Positions 1-12,812 of a stretch of 64,000 nt of DNA are shown here, piece after piece. The stretch is from Octopus vulgaris. Taxonomy: Eukaryota. Position 1 is the first letter of the stretch; each line of letters opens with the position of its first letter. The stretch covers positions 49,104,001 through 49,168,000 of the forward strand of contig OX597827.1 of NCBI GenBank assembly GCA_951406725.2. Reading direction: 5' to 3'. The position numbers and the translations under genes are program-made. Under the pieces are notes generated by a model. The model was not told the DNA's origin and did not search any database. It saw nothing but the letters and a program-made list of their open reading frames with translations.

Positions 1-122
1 AAATACACTTATGTATATGTAAATGTATATGCATATATATACATAAATATCTATAATGTATACGTATGCGAAGGCATGCGTACATACCGATATGCATACT
101 TATATAGATATATATGTGTGTG

Positions 123-163
<41 letters not shown>

Positions 164-624
164 ACGGACATACATACATACATACATACATACATAAATA
201 CAAACATACATGCATGTTTTTACGTGTGTGACAGCAAGTATATTTCCAAAGGTGGTGTGTCTACAAACGTGATATATATATATATATTATTTTCCACGTT
301 TTTACATTAGGTTTTATTATTCTAGTCTCTGAATATATTTACCGTGTGTCTAAAATTACGTTTACAGCATACTCAGAACATAGATGCACATATTCAACTC
401 ATCCTGGACGTCTGTACGACAACGTTAGTTGCTGATCCTTTCGATTGCAGCACGATATTCTACACAAGTTTACTTCGGATCCCTTCTGCTTCTGTATATA
501 TGCTTAAATGTTGAGTAGAGCAACGGCACAGTTTAGGTTATCTGTTGTCATCAGTAGATGGGTCGAAACATATGTTGTACCTTATAGAAGTCTAATATGA
601 AATCCATCTCCTACTATCAATATT

Positions 625-681
<57 letters not shown>

Positions 682-688
<7 letters not shown>

Positions 689-882
689 TAAATTAGAGAC
701 AAAACCACTATTAAGCAAATCATACAATGAAAAACTTAAGCCAATACATAAGATTATTTAATTTATATTATTTAAATATATAACAAAATTATTAAAAAAA
801 TATAATTAATATATCACTACTATCGTTTCATGGCTGTTAATTTCTTTAGATTTTCAAGTTACTGTAAGTTTGGATTTATTCC

Positions 883-887
<5 letters not shown>
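682..887 (-). repeat. Unclassified interspersed repeat within (TA)n; related copies at ~46020-46042 and 63931-64000
   Basis: CTGTAAGTTTGGATTTATTCCCTAATAT (862-889) is the near-perfect reverse complement of ATATTAAGGAATAAATCCAAACTTACAG (63931-63958). Confidence 0.6.
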
Positions 888-972
<85 letters not shown>

Positions 973-1123
973 CACACTCAAATTCAAGCATACATACATA
1001 CATATATACAAGCAAGCACACATACCTTAACGTACACGCCAGCAGACAGACACATGCGCATATACATACATGTATATACACACACACACATATACATACA
1101 TATATATATACATATATATATAC

Positions 1124-1159
<36 letters not shown>

Positions 1160-1178
1160 ATACATATATATACATATA

Positions 1179-1244
<66 letters not shown>

Positions 1245-1269
1245 CATACGTATATATACATACGTATAT

Positions 1270-1316
<47 letters not shown>

Positions 1317-1322
1317 ATAGAT

Positions 1323-1385
<63 letters not shown>

Positions 1386-1400
1386 CATACACGTATGTAT
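885..1400. repeat. (TA)n/(TACA)n compound microsatellite, representative of many similar tracts in the window
   Basis: Seen directly; the poly-YI ORFs are translations of it. Confidence 0.95.
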
Positions 1401-2297
1401 GTACACGTTCGTGTGAGTGTATGTACGATTTGTAGTCATCTACTATTATCTTCTCCGGAAACTAATCCATTGAATAAGTTTTAACAGTTCTTATATATCG
1501 CACTACAGGGAAGTAGGGTTAATTGAAATCATGTTATAATCACAACTGAAAAAGTAATATTACAATAATTTTAAGTTCCATCTTTAAAATTATGAATTTT
1601 TATTAATTTCAATACAAATTAATACATTATTGTGCTACTAATTTCAGTTTTTATTGAATTAGCTCTATGGAGAAAAGGTTAATTCGCATATCAATTTTTT
1701 GGTTTTTATTAAGTTTTTCATTTTTGATTTGTCACATCTTAGGATTGTGCGTTTTTCAGTGGAGTGTTAGAAAGGAGGATGGGGAATACATACAGAGAGG
1801 GAGAGAGAATCAAATAGGAATAAACGAATTAATTAATTTATCAAGGAGCCATGAAGATCGCGAAGGAAGTGGTTTAGGTACGATGGTCGTGTGAAGAGAC
1901 GTGGAGGGAAACTGATCAGAATTAGCGTTCAAATCAAGAATGGAGATGGTGCAACAGGAAGTTGAAACTGTCAGGGATAAAAAAAAAAAACTAGATAAAT
2001 TTAGGGAGGAAATTTAGTGATGGGCAAAAGGAAAATGAAGGGGAAAAGCTTATTAGAATACAAAGAGTGTTTAAGACTTGATCGATGAAGTGAGAGCAAG
2101 AGCAGAGGAAATATATATAAAAAAATGTAGAGATCAAATGAAAAAATAGAGAGGGATAGAAGGAGTGAGAACAAAGAAGAATAAAGAGAAAACGAGTAAA
2201 TAGAGAGAAATCCGTATCAAGAAGAGAAAGAGGGACAAAAATAAAGAACGACGGAATCAAGAAAGAAAATGGGAGTATATACATTAATGATCGATAT

Positions 2298-2698
2298 AGG
2301 CGCAGGAGTGGCTGTGTAGTAAGTAGCTTGCTTACCAACCACATGGTTCCGGGTTCAGTCCCACTGCGTGGCACCTTGGGCAAGTGTCTTCTACTATAGC
2401 TTCGGGCCGACCAAAGCCTTGTGAGTGGATTTGGTAGACGGAAACTGAAAGAAATCCGTCATATATATGTATGTATGTATATGTATGTATCTGTATTCGT
2501 CTGTGTTTGTCCCCCAACATCGCTTGACAACCGATACTGGTATGTTTGCGTCCCCGTAACTTAGCGGTTCGGCAAAAGAGACCGATGGAATAAGTACTAG
2601 GCTTACAAAGTATAAGTCCTGGGGTCGATTTGCTCGACTAAAGGTGGTTCTCCAGCATGGCCACACTCAAATGACTGAAACAAGTAAAAGAGTAAAAG
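2298..2698 (+). mobile_element. tRNA-derived CORE-like SINE, family S1, full length
   Basis: Head AGGCGCAGGAGTGGCTGTGTAG (A box), GGTTCAGTCC (B box), CORE-like GCACCTTGGGCAAGT, internal microsatellite, tail CAGCATGGCC..AAATGACTGAAACAAGTAAAAGAG; repeated many times in the window. Confidence 0.9.
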
Positions 2699-3499
2699 GT
2701 GAAAAAAGAATATAAATAGCAAAGCAAAGACACGGAGACATAGATACGAGTAAAATTAAAGGGAGTGAGAAGCTATGCCGCTCAAAGTATTTCGATGGCC
2801 AAATTAGAGTAAAAGAAGATATAAACAGAAAAACGTTAGTAGACTAAGAGCAAGAAAGACGGAGAGTTAGAAAAATAAAGAGAAAGAGAAAGAGAGAGAC
2901 GGACAAAAGGAGACAGAGAGAGACAGAGACAGAGAGAGACAGACAGACAAAGAGAGACAGACAGTCAGACAGACAGACAGGCAGAAAGACAGAGTATGGT
3001 ACAGATGTAGAAAGATATAAAAACGCTGAGGAATGATAGACAATGAACTATAAATAATTAAGCAGAGTTTTACCAGAATATTTAAGAAAGGAAAGTATAA
3101 AAAAGTACCCCAAAGTGCAGCTGAGGAAGATGATGCATATATGTATGCCTCTGTGTGTGTCTGTTGGGGTTCGATCAAAATTTGACAGTTTTTGTTTACT
3201 TTTTTCAGGAAGCGTTTGATATATAGGTGAACAGTCAACGGCGTTGGAGAACAATTACGACTAAAGTTGTATTTGCTGATATGGAGAACTAGATATCACC
3301 TGAATGTTGCAATCGCTTTACTTGTATCATGATAATCTGAGCTGGGTATCAAAATCTTGTCATTATGATTGCTGCTCAGTGCGCTATGAACACAGGTATA
3401 GGCTGTAAAATATGACAAGGACAGTTGCAACGGAGACTACGAAGCCCTGGCCAGCAAGATATGACACAGCAGACGTTACGACAGCAGGAGTTCATAACC

Positions 3500-3765
3500 A
3501 CTCCTTTGATCACGGCCTTAGACACAGTGAAGCTACTGGAGACTGTGGTCAAATTCTGGCTGGGGAGAGTTGCTACTGGAAGGCCATATTGGTTGTCGCA
3601 AGATTTGGTTTCTACCTATACCTTCGGAAGGATTCAGATGTGGTTGTCAGAGAATTTCTACGACTTTACCAGCCCCAATTTCTGGCCTCTTAATTATCTC
3701 GATTGTAATCCGATGGATTACCATGAGTGGGGTCCACTTAAGAAACACACCAACTGCTCTGCCAG
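3500..3765 (+). mobile_element. Degenerate Tc1/mariner (maT/DD37D-like) transposase fragment
   Basis: Translation WLGRVATGRPYW..WLSENFYDFTSPNFWPLNYLDCNPMDY..WG, homologous to the copy at 26735-27573 and to the WPPxSPDxNPxDY motif. Confidence 0.75.
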
Positions 3766-3769
3766 CCTA

Positions 3770-3882
3770 AAGGTTCAGGGTTCAGTCTGTTTTGCTGCTT
3801 GGTGCCTCGGGTAAGTGGCTTCTACTATAACCTCGGGATAACTGAATCCTTGACGGAAAATGGAAGAAACTTATCGTATGTT

Positions 3883-3943
<61 letters not shown>

Positions 3944-4190
3944 CTGTGTGTGTGTGTGCCTGTGTGTGTCTACCCGTGTCTGTGTCTTTGAGCGTGTATC
4001 TGTCCACGACCACAGCACCTCAAGCTGTGTTGGTGCTTGCGTCCCCATCACTAAACGTTTCAACAAAAGAAATTGAGAGTATAAGTACTAGAAATTAAAT
4101 AAAATAAGCCCTGTGGTCGATTTGTTCAACTAAAATCCTTCCAGGTGGTGCTACAACATGGCTGCTGTCAAATAACAGTAACGAAATGAC
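3770..4190 (+). mobile_element. Degenerate S1 SINE with internal (TG)n
   Basis: GGTTCAGTC, CTTCTACTATA, GGTCGATTTG and GGTGGTGCTACAACATGGC match S1. Confidence 0.7.
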
Positions 4191-4231
4191 ATACTCGAGG
4201 TGCATTTTGGAGGTTTTGATACATATTCTGA

Positions 4232-4766
4232 ATCGATTACATCGACCCCAGTGCTCAACTGGTACTTGTTTTATCGACGCCAAAAGAAGGGAAGGCAAAG
4301 TCGACCGCTGTGGAATTTGAACTCAGAACATTAAGACAGACGAAATACCTATTTCTTTACTACCCACAAGGGGCTACACACAGAGAGGACAAAGAAGGAC
4401 AGACAAACGGATTAAGTTGATTATAGCGACCCCAGTGTGTAATTGGTACTTAATTTATCGACCCCGAAAGGATGATAGGCAAAGTCGACCTCGGCCGAAT
4501 TTGAACTCAGAACGTAGCGGCAGACGAAATACCTATTTCTTTACTACCCACAAGGGGCTAAACATAGAGGGAACAAACAAGTACAGACAAACGGATTAAG
4601 TCGATTACATCGACCCCAGTGCGTAACTGGTACTTAATTTATCGACCCTGAAAGGATGAAAGGCAAAGCCGACCTCGGTGGAATTTGAACTCAGAACATA
4701 ACGGCAGACGAAATACGGCTATGCATTTCGCCCGGCGTGCTAACGTCTCTGCCAGCTCGCCGCCTT
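4232..4766 (-). mobile_element. tRNA-derived SINE family S2 (Meta-domain-like centre), tandem trimer with ~184-bp unit
   Basis: Minus strand reads head GGCGGCGAGCTGGCAG, B box GAGTTCAAATTC, central GTCGACTTTGCCTTTCATCCTTTCGGGGTCGATAAA; unit starts at 4351 and 4535. Confidence 0.88.
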
Positions 4767-5389
4767 CATTTGTTTTATAATATGAGAATCGATTGACCAC
4801 TAAAGAAAAAAAAAATATTGCGTTGAAGTAGTTATAAAATAGTTCTTCATGTTTTCATTTCAAATCCAGCCGAATTAAGTGTCACCTTGTATTCTTCTGG
4901 GCCTATAATGGAATGTTAGTAATTTATTAAATCAAAAAATACCATCCTTTCAATATATTTAGCTCATAGAATATGCTTTTTTTTTTTTCTTTTGCTTTTT
5001 TGTAATCACATTAATTAATGAAACTTAATGGATAAAAAATAACTCAGAATTCTCTTTAATTAAGAAAAAAAAAATGTTTCCGATAAGGACAGAGGGGATT
5101 GTCATCAAAAACTAAGATATCAAATAGCGACATATGCGTCAGTTTGCTTTCTAATTCAGAACTGTAAAAGAAATATTTCAAATCGAAAAGAAACGAGGTA
5201 GAGTAAATGTGTGCATGCGCGCGCGTATGTGACGTCATGAGTATATGTATGTGTGTGTATGCGTGCGCCTGCATATGTGTATGTGAGTCACTGCGCTTTA
5301 TATCATTCAAGATCTTAATTATATTTACCTGACAAAAGCCGATAAACACCTTCTGTTTATTAAGTTTACTTTTTCTTCGCAAGAACAGG

Positions 5390-5396
5390 GATGATG

Positions 5397-5440
<44 letters not shown>

Positions 5441-5519
5441 TATAATAATGATGATGATAATAATAATAATAATGATGATAATAGCAATAATAATGATAAT
5501 AATAATAATAATAATGATG

Positions 5520-5586
<67 letters not shown>

Positions 5587-5595
5587 TAATAATGA
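5390..5595. repeat. (TAA/TGA)n trinucleotide microsatellite
   Basis: Seen directly. Confidence 0.95.
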
Positions 5596-5912
5596 AAGAG
5601 TGAACGAGTGTTGTGTTGCTTAAAGGAAAACTGAAAAGAAGAGGAAAATAGCATCAGTGGGAGTGAAAATTGAAGACGAAACAATAAGTAAATAAAAAGG
5701 CAGTGGAGAGACTGGCCTAAAAGAATTTTGTGCTGTGGGTGCATCATTTTCTGATAGCAACACAAATGAAAAAAAACCCAGAAAATACGAGAAAGATCAA
5801 AAAGAAAAATTGACACCAAATTAAGAAATTGATTTTATCTCTTCTTAGATGGATTTTGTTAATCTGTATAATTGATGAATAATATAAAAAAAAAAATTTA
5901 AAAAAATTAAAA

Positions 5913-5947
<35 letters not shown>

Positions 5948-6079
5948 CAACAACAACAAAATAACGATAATAATAACCCTTTCTATTACAGGCACACGGC
6001 GTGAGATTTCGGGGAGTGATTCTAATTTTATCAACCCCGAGAAAATGAAAGGTATATGTTTATGTATATTTGTATGTAT

Positions 6080-6209
6080 TACTCTTTTACTCTTTTACTT
6101 GTTTCAGTCATTTGACTGCGGCCATGCTGGAGCACCGCCTTTAATCGAGCAACTCGACCCCGGGACTTATTCTTTTTGTAAGCCCAGTACTTATTCTATC
6201 GGTCTCTTA
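6080..6209 (-). mobile_element. 5'-truncated S1 SINE (tail only)
   Basis: Reverse complement of the S1 tail ending in (GTAAAAGA)n. Confidence 0.85.
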
Positions 6210-6733
6210 TATCGGTCTCTATATATTATGTCTCTATATATATATATTACGTATTTACGTATTTATGTCTGTATGTATGCATGGAGCAAATGTCAGTTGG
6301 GTATAATAAAGTTGGGGGTATTTCCAGAGAAGCACTCAACCCAAATTGTGGGCTTTCAACACTGTCGGAATCCAAGCCAAAGCCAGGGTAGTTCTGGTGT
6401 AGAAAATCCAAGTTTCACAGCGATTATACCGTCATACGGGTTTAGCGAAGAGTAAATATTCCAATGAAAAGAAGAGGGCACAGTAAATTCTATAGCATAT
6501 CTTTAATTGTAAGTGACACAAGTTTCTGAATCATCTCCATTTGCAGCACCAGTTCACGGGAAAATTCTAAATGAATTATTACGTAATTTTTTCTTTCAGA
6601 ATTTTCACGTAAACTGGTGTTGCAAATGGAGAAGGTACGGAATCATTTATCTTCTTTTCATTGCTATAAATATATATATATATATATACATATATAATAC
6701 ATATATATGTATGTACTTATCTATCTATCTATC

Positions 6734-6771
<38 letters not shown>

Positions 6772-6889
6772 CGTGTGTGTGTATACATAGATATATATGC
6801 ATACATTTATATATCCTAATGTATGCTTATCTTTATGTCCGTATATGTATTTATATATATACACACATACACACACATATATATATATT

Positions 6890-8106
6890 ATATATTCACA
6901 TGAAATGTAGCATTTTTAATTGTTATTTCAGTCATTTAAAAACTCAATTATGTATACCTTGCATTTAATCTTGACTCTTTTTCTTTCCCAACAATATTGG
7001 TATACAAAATTCGTACCCAAAGACCTATGAAAATGATAACAACCAAACTATGTAGAGTTATTTTCTCGTATGAGTGCAAACTAGATCACTCTGCCGTAGG
7101 AGCTCTACGGAATATCAAGCGGGCCTTTGGTAATGGCTTTGCTGACATCAGAACTGTTCAGAGATGTTTCTAAAGCTGTCGTTCAAGAGATCATAGCCTT
7201 GAAAATAAACCAAGAGATAGGTAAAAATCAGTTATTTGGCATGATGGATTAAATGCTTTGGTTGAACAAAATCAGAGAACAAATGTTCGAAAACTTTCAT
7301 CAGAAATCCAAACATCTCGCACAACTGTTTTGAACACCTGTAAAAAATTGGAAAATCAAGTAAGCAGATAGGTTTGTTCCACGTCAACTGAATAAGATTT
7401 AAAAAATACAGACGCCTGGAAGTGTTACTCATTCTTGCTTTCTCGACTGGAAAATACCATTTTTGCATCAAATTATTACTTTTGATGAGAAATAATTACT
7501 CTTTGACAACAGCAGAAGAACAGGACAGTGATTAGATGCCGGAGAGTTGCCTAAATACTACCCAAATCCACCATTGCACCCTAATAAGTTAGTGGTCACT
7601 GTATGGAGGTTTGCAGTGGGAGTTATTCATTATTAACTTTTGCAACAAGGAAGAACGGTAATAGCCACATCATATTGTCAGGAAATTGATTGTATGGATG
7701 AGAATTTGAAAAAGAAGCAACCCAGAACAGTCAATTGAGATGGCCCAAATTTGCCCTCCTCAAGCTACGGTCCAAAAGTTGCACAGCCTGAATTATGAAA
7801 TTTTGAAACATAATCGATATCTCCCCGATATCTCTCCTACTGATTATTAGTTATTTAAGCGTTTTGAGCTTTTCATAAGCAATAAAACATTCTTAAATAG
7901 AGAAGTAGTTGCAGCATTCGGACAGTTTATCATAGCAAAAGATGAATTTTTTTTAAAGATGGAATATATGACGTAGAGAATCGTTGGGTAAACCTCATAA
8001 ATGAACATGAATCATACGTTGATTAAATAACTCAGTGCACTAACAATTCTGAAACATTTTATTGTTACCTTTCATATATAATATTATTTTAAGTGAAGCA
8101 ACCTAA
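6890..8106 (+). mobile_element. Degenerate mariner (DD34D-type) transposon
   Basis: Translations RTVQRCF..SLENKPR (HTH), PFLHQIITFDEK*LLFDN..PPLHPNKLVVTVW..GVIHY and SPDISPTDY with stops and frameshifts; right end AGTGAAGCAACCTAA-TA resembles a mariner TIR; left end uncertain. Confidence 0.85.
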
Positions 8107-8132
8107 TATATATGCATATATACATATTATAC

Positions 8133-8171
<39 letters not shown>

Positions 8172-8175
8172 TTCA

Positions 8176-8220
8176 TCTAGTTTCAGCTCAAGAGGTGTGG
8201 TCATGCTGGGGCACCGCCAT
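8176..8220 (-). mobile_element. Isolated 3' tail of the CR1/L2-group LINE inside (TA)n
   Basis: TTTCAGCTCAAGAGGTGTGGTCATGCTGGGGCACCGCCAT matches the LINE tail at 43973-44013. Confidence 0.75.
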
Positions 8221-8230
8221 ATATATATAA

Positions 8231-8300
<70 letters not shown>

Positions 8301-8488
8301 GTACATAAATTTATATAAATAAGGATAAGGTCGTTATTTAAAATACCGATCATATCGAGTGGCTAGCATTGGAATAAAAACCTCATAGGTAATAATTATT
8401 ATAAAAATTATAATTAAGGGTGATTTTAGAGTCAAGTCTCGAGTGCTATATCTAGCATGATGGTATCTTTTAGATACCCTTAATTATA

Positions 8489-8535
<47 letters not shown>

Positions 8536-8800
8536 TAAATAAATATATATGCATAAATATATAGATTGATAGATAGATATGTATATATGTATTTATACAT
8601 GTATGTATGCAACTGTGTACATAACGGTAATTATGAGCAAGTATTCTGAGATACCAATATATTAACTTACTTTTAGTTTCAATCTTAAATTAGATCATTT
8701 GAAACAACTGGAAATTCTCCAGATGTTACCAACAATTAGGTCGTATTATATTTTGTTCCATAGTATAAAGTATATACGAAGCAAATATATACATTCATGC

Positions 8801-8846
<46 letters not shown>

Positions 8847-9458
8847 ATATATATATATATACATACATACATATGCAGACACACGTATCTTTGTATTTAT
8901 ATAGTAACTATAACTATATATACGAAAATACATTCATATATGCATACATAAGTGCATACATGCAGGCACGAGCAAGAGTAATGACTGGGAGACACAGAAA
9001 ATCATACATGCAGACATAATTATATTCCCTTGATATGCAGGTGTGTGTTTGGTACTGAGTGAGAGGTCTCGTGCGCTTCAGCATGTACGCGCGTGCGTAT
9101 GGCTGTATGTGTGTTTGCAGCTTGTTTCCGAAAAGCATTCGGAAATATCAATGCATCTCTCCATAATCTTATTTGCGGTACACCGATCTGTGGCACATAC
9201 AGCACCTTTGCAAGTTAACGTACATCTAATAGATGGATTGACCGAATATACGGCACAAATATTTTATCACTATAAGTATATCATCTGTGCACGTCGTTTT
9301 CGGACTCCAGCGACCACCATAATATGTGTCAGTTTGTGAGTGCATGTGCATGTATTCATATGCATAATTTTATATATATTGTTTTATGTATATATATATA
9401 TTTATATATATATATATACACATATATATGTACATTGTTATATACTTATATAAATTTG

Positions 9459-9494
<36 letters not shown>

Positions 9495-9544
9495 TATGTA
9501 CGTTGTTATATACTTATATAAATTTGTATATATATATATATATA

Positions 9545-9751
9545 TATACTCAAAATGAGCAACAAGGACATCCAAGGTAGAATAGTACAATTGTTTCATG
9601 CTACTTCATTTTATTAAACACTGTAAGTATTACATCAGTTTTAAAATGTCGAGCAATCTACCACCACACTTACAGTTTTTAATAAAATGAAGTAGCATGA
9701 AACAATTGTACTACTCTACCTTGGATATCCTTGTGGCTTATTTTGATTATA
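9545..9751. repeat. Long inverted repeat (~84-bp arms, 39-nt spacer)
   Basis: 9545-9628 is the reverse complement of 9668-9751 with about six mismatches. Confidence 0.9.
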
Positions 9752-9846
9752 ATCACCCAATTTGATTTATATGCATAATACCATACAAAATTCTGGTGCC
9801 TTTAACTTGAGTACCATATTCATCTGAATCTAAATTTTGCTGAACT

Positions 9847-9880
<34 letters not shown>

Positions 9881-10109
9881 CACACTGAGCTACATTTTAT
9901 GTAGGAATATACAATGATGTGTCCCTTTACACACACGTGCACACACTCAAGCAGACACACTGACACACGCATATATAGATTTATATTCTTTGTTTTGTAA
10001 TGGTAAAAAAATTCTGAACGAAAATCTTGTGTAATATGATTCTGTTTTCCGAGGGGGAACAAGTGTTGCCTCTCATCGATCGATATCAGCTGTTGCAGAA
10101 TGACATCCG

Positions 10110-10226
<117 letters not shown>

Positions 10227-10299
10227 TGTGTGTCTGTGTGTGTCTGTGTGTGTGTGTACATTTCGTCTTTTGTTTCCAGGTAAGCATTCGGATCATGTG

Positions 10300-10500
10300 A
10301 TATTTTACAATGATTCTCTTCTCGGACAGATAATATTTGCAACGTCTACTTTTATTCAGATATGTTCCAAGTGGTTCCAGCAGTTTCCAGTTGAAGTTTT
10401 TGTATTGCCATATTTCTTCCTGTCATATACAGTTGATTAATGTTGTAACACTTGGCCCCATTGGATTCTGCTTCGTAGACCACAGCTTCTGATTATCAGG
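10300..10500 (-). mobile_element. Penelope-like element endonuclease C-terminal remnant
   Basis: Minus-strand translations AVVYEA and FNWKLLEPLGTYLNKSRRCKYYLSEKRII resemble the PLE motif WKIL..Y..SKRCxLCLxEKxxI. Confidence 0.5.
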
Positions 10501-10863
10501 TTTTACAATGGAATGGAGCTTTCACTTGTGTGTATGTGTTATGTTTAGGAATATGAGTGAGCAGGAAGCGGCTGTGTTAATGTACGACAATCTTATCATC
10601 CAGATCCAAACTGGGCATTGCGTCTATGAAAGTTACTATCTTAATTTCGGTTTTAATAATTTCGGTTTTAATGATCAGTCCTAGCGATTGACAATGTGGA
10701 GTAGGCCGATTCCTCAGTCTGTCCACAGTGTCCATGTCTAGTGCCTCTAGGGAAAGCTAGGGAAAGTATTGTTTCAACTTCGACCAAAGCAGGCAGACTG
10801 GGATTTCAGATATGAAGTAATTAGTATTAACTGGCCTAACACGAGAAGAAAACATTTACTTTT

Positions 10864-10902
<39 letters not shown>

Positions 10903-10914
10903 TATTATACATAC

Positions 10915-10954
<40 letters not shown>

Positions 10955-11052
10955 GTGTGTGTCAATATATATATACATGTATATATGTCAATATATATAT
11001 ATATACATATATATATACTGTGTATATCAATACATACATATATATATATATT

Positions 11053-11131
<79 letters not shown>

Positions 11132-11311
11132 GTAAATATTAACAAGTGAAACTAATTAGTACATAGGTAATCTTTTTTTTATTTTGTATATTTTCATTTG
11201 TCTTGCTTATTTTTACACATTCTTCGTTGAAAATGGTGATTTGACGTCTATATCTAGCATATAGGCTGTCCACTTTTAGTGGTCAGTCTCCTAAATTTTG
11301 TATATATAACT

Positions 11312-11387
<76 letters not shown>

Positions 11388-11604
11388 CAATGTCTTTTCT
11401 ATGTGATTATTTCTACTTTTATCTCCAAACTCTACATACATACTTGCATACATACACATTTATACTTTCATACTTACCTATAATTGGCAAATCTCGTTTT
11501 TTATCGTTACGTATGTTAAATCAATGATTTAAACATAGCAGTAATTATACAAGAATATTTTGACGACATGTAGCAAATAACGTATAACCATCATTTGATT
11601 ACTT

Positions 11605-11750
11605 TGGCACTTTCAAATAATTGTATGATTATAATCGGTTCTTCGAAATTATTTATTACCATTATATGATTATAATCAGCATTTTCCAATTATTATGATC
11701 ATTATGTAATTATAATCAGCACTTTCAAATTTTTATGATCATTATAACAT
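11605..11750. repeat. ~40-bp minisatellite, about 3.5 degenerate units
   Basis: Recurring ATTATAATCAGCACTTTCAAAT..ATGATCATTAT. Confidence 0.75.
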
Positions 11751-12066
11751 ATATGTAAACAAGAATACTAACTTGCTATAAAAATCGTCAACTTATTTTA
11801 AAGTATGTTTTAAGACCATAAAAATATCAATAACATTTTGAAACATATTTTTTGCTAAATTCTAGAAATGAACTTTTAACTTTTTCTGTAATTTAGGAAA
11901 ATATTGATATTTTCATTGTTTCAAAAATGTACTTTAAAATAAGTTGATGACATACTTACATACAGTCGGAGAGAGAGACAGACAGACAGATAGAGAGGGG
12001 GGAAAAGAGATGAGGAGATAAATAGATAGACAGACAGATAGATAGATAGATAGATAGATAGATAGC

Positions 12067-12109
<43 letters not shown>

Positions 12110-12362
12110 GTTTCTTTATTGGCCACACAGGGCTGCACACAGATGGGACAAGTTACAAGGTAGAGATTTTCTTTTGGGGGATGAAGAGAACAAAAAAAAA
12201 AGAAAAAAAAAGGGGTGGCGTAGGTTTTCGATCAAGAGGGATCGTAAAAGGGAAGAAAAGAACAAAAAAAAATTTGAATAAAATAAAAGGAATAAAAAGA
12301 AAAAAAAGAAGATAGATAGATAGATAGACAGATAGATAGACAGACAGACAGATAGATAGATG

Positions 12363-12437
<75 letters not shown>

Positions 12438-12452
12438 TTACATTCACCCCCC

Positions 12453-12483
<31 letters not shown>

Positions 12484-12812
12484 TATATACATACATTTGT
12501 GTGTATGCGTGTGTTTGTGTGTCACGAGGAATTAATTTTACAAATTCATGGTACTGTCTTAAACATCGGGCATGCATATCATTTCAAATTTCGAAATAAT
12601 TCCGTAGACTTAAGAACAAAAGAGGGAAGCATATAAGATTCCAATACTTTGTGAGTAAGGAATTGGTATTTTATATGTATACCATTCTGCCTAAATAATG
12701 GATCAAAATCTGCAATATCCCTGCACATCTCACATCTGTTTTCATTCCTGCACTTCACTCTTTATTTCATATCTATTTCAATTAACTATTGCTTAACCAT
12801 CCTCTCACACCA

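Noticed and set aside
2298-2375. tRNA gene (also the heads at 16060-16133, 23558, 26363, 40340-40417)
   Set aside because: A and B boxes run directly into SINE bodies and no complete cloverleaf is present
4232-4766. CRISPR-like or hammerhead retrozyme interpretation of the 184-bp array
   Set aside because: Units are homologous over their full length with no spacers, and I found no CTGANGA/GAAA hammerhead core
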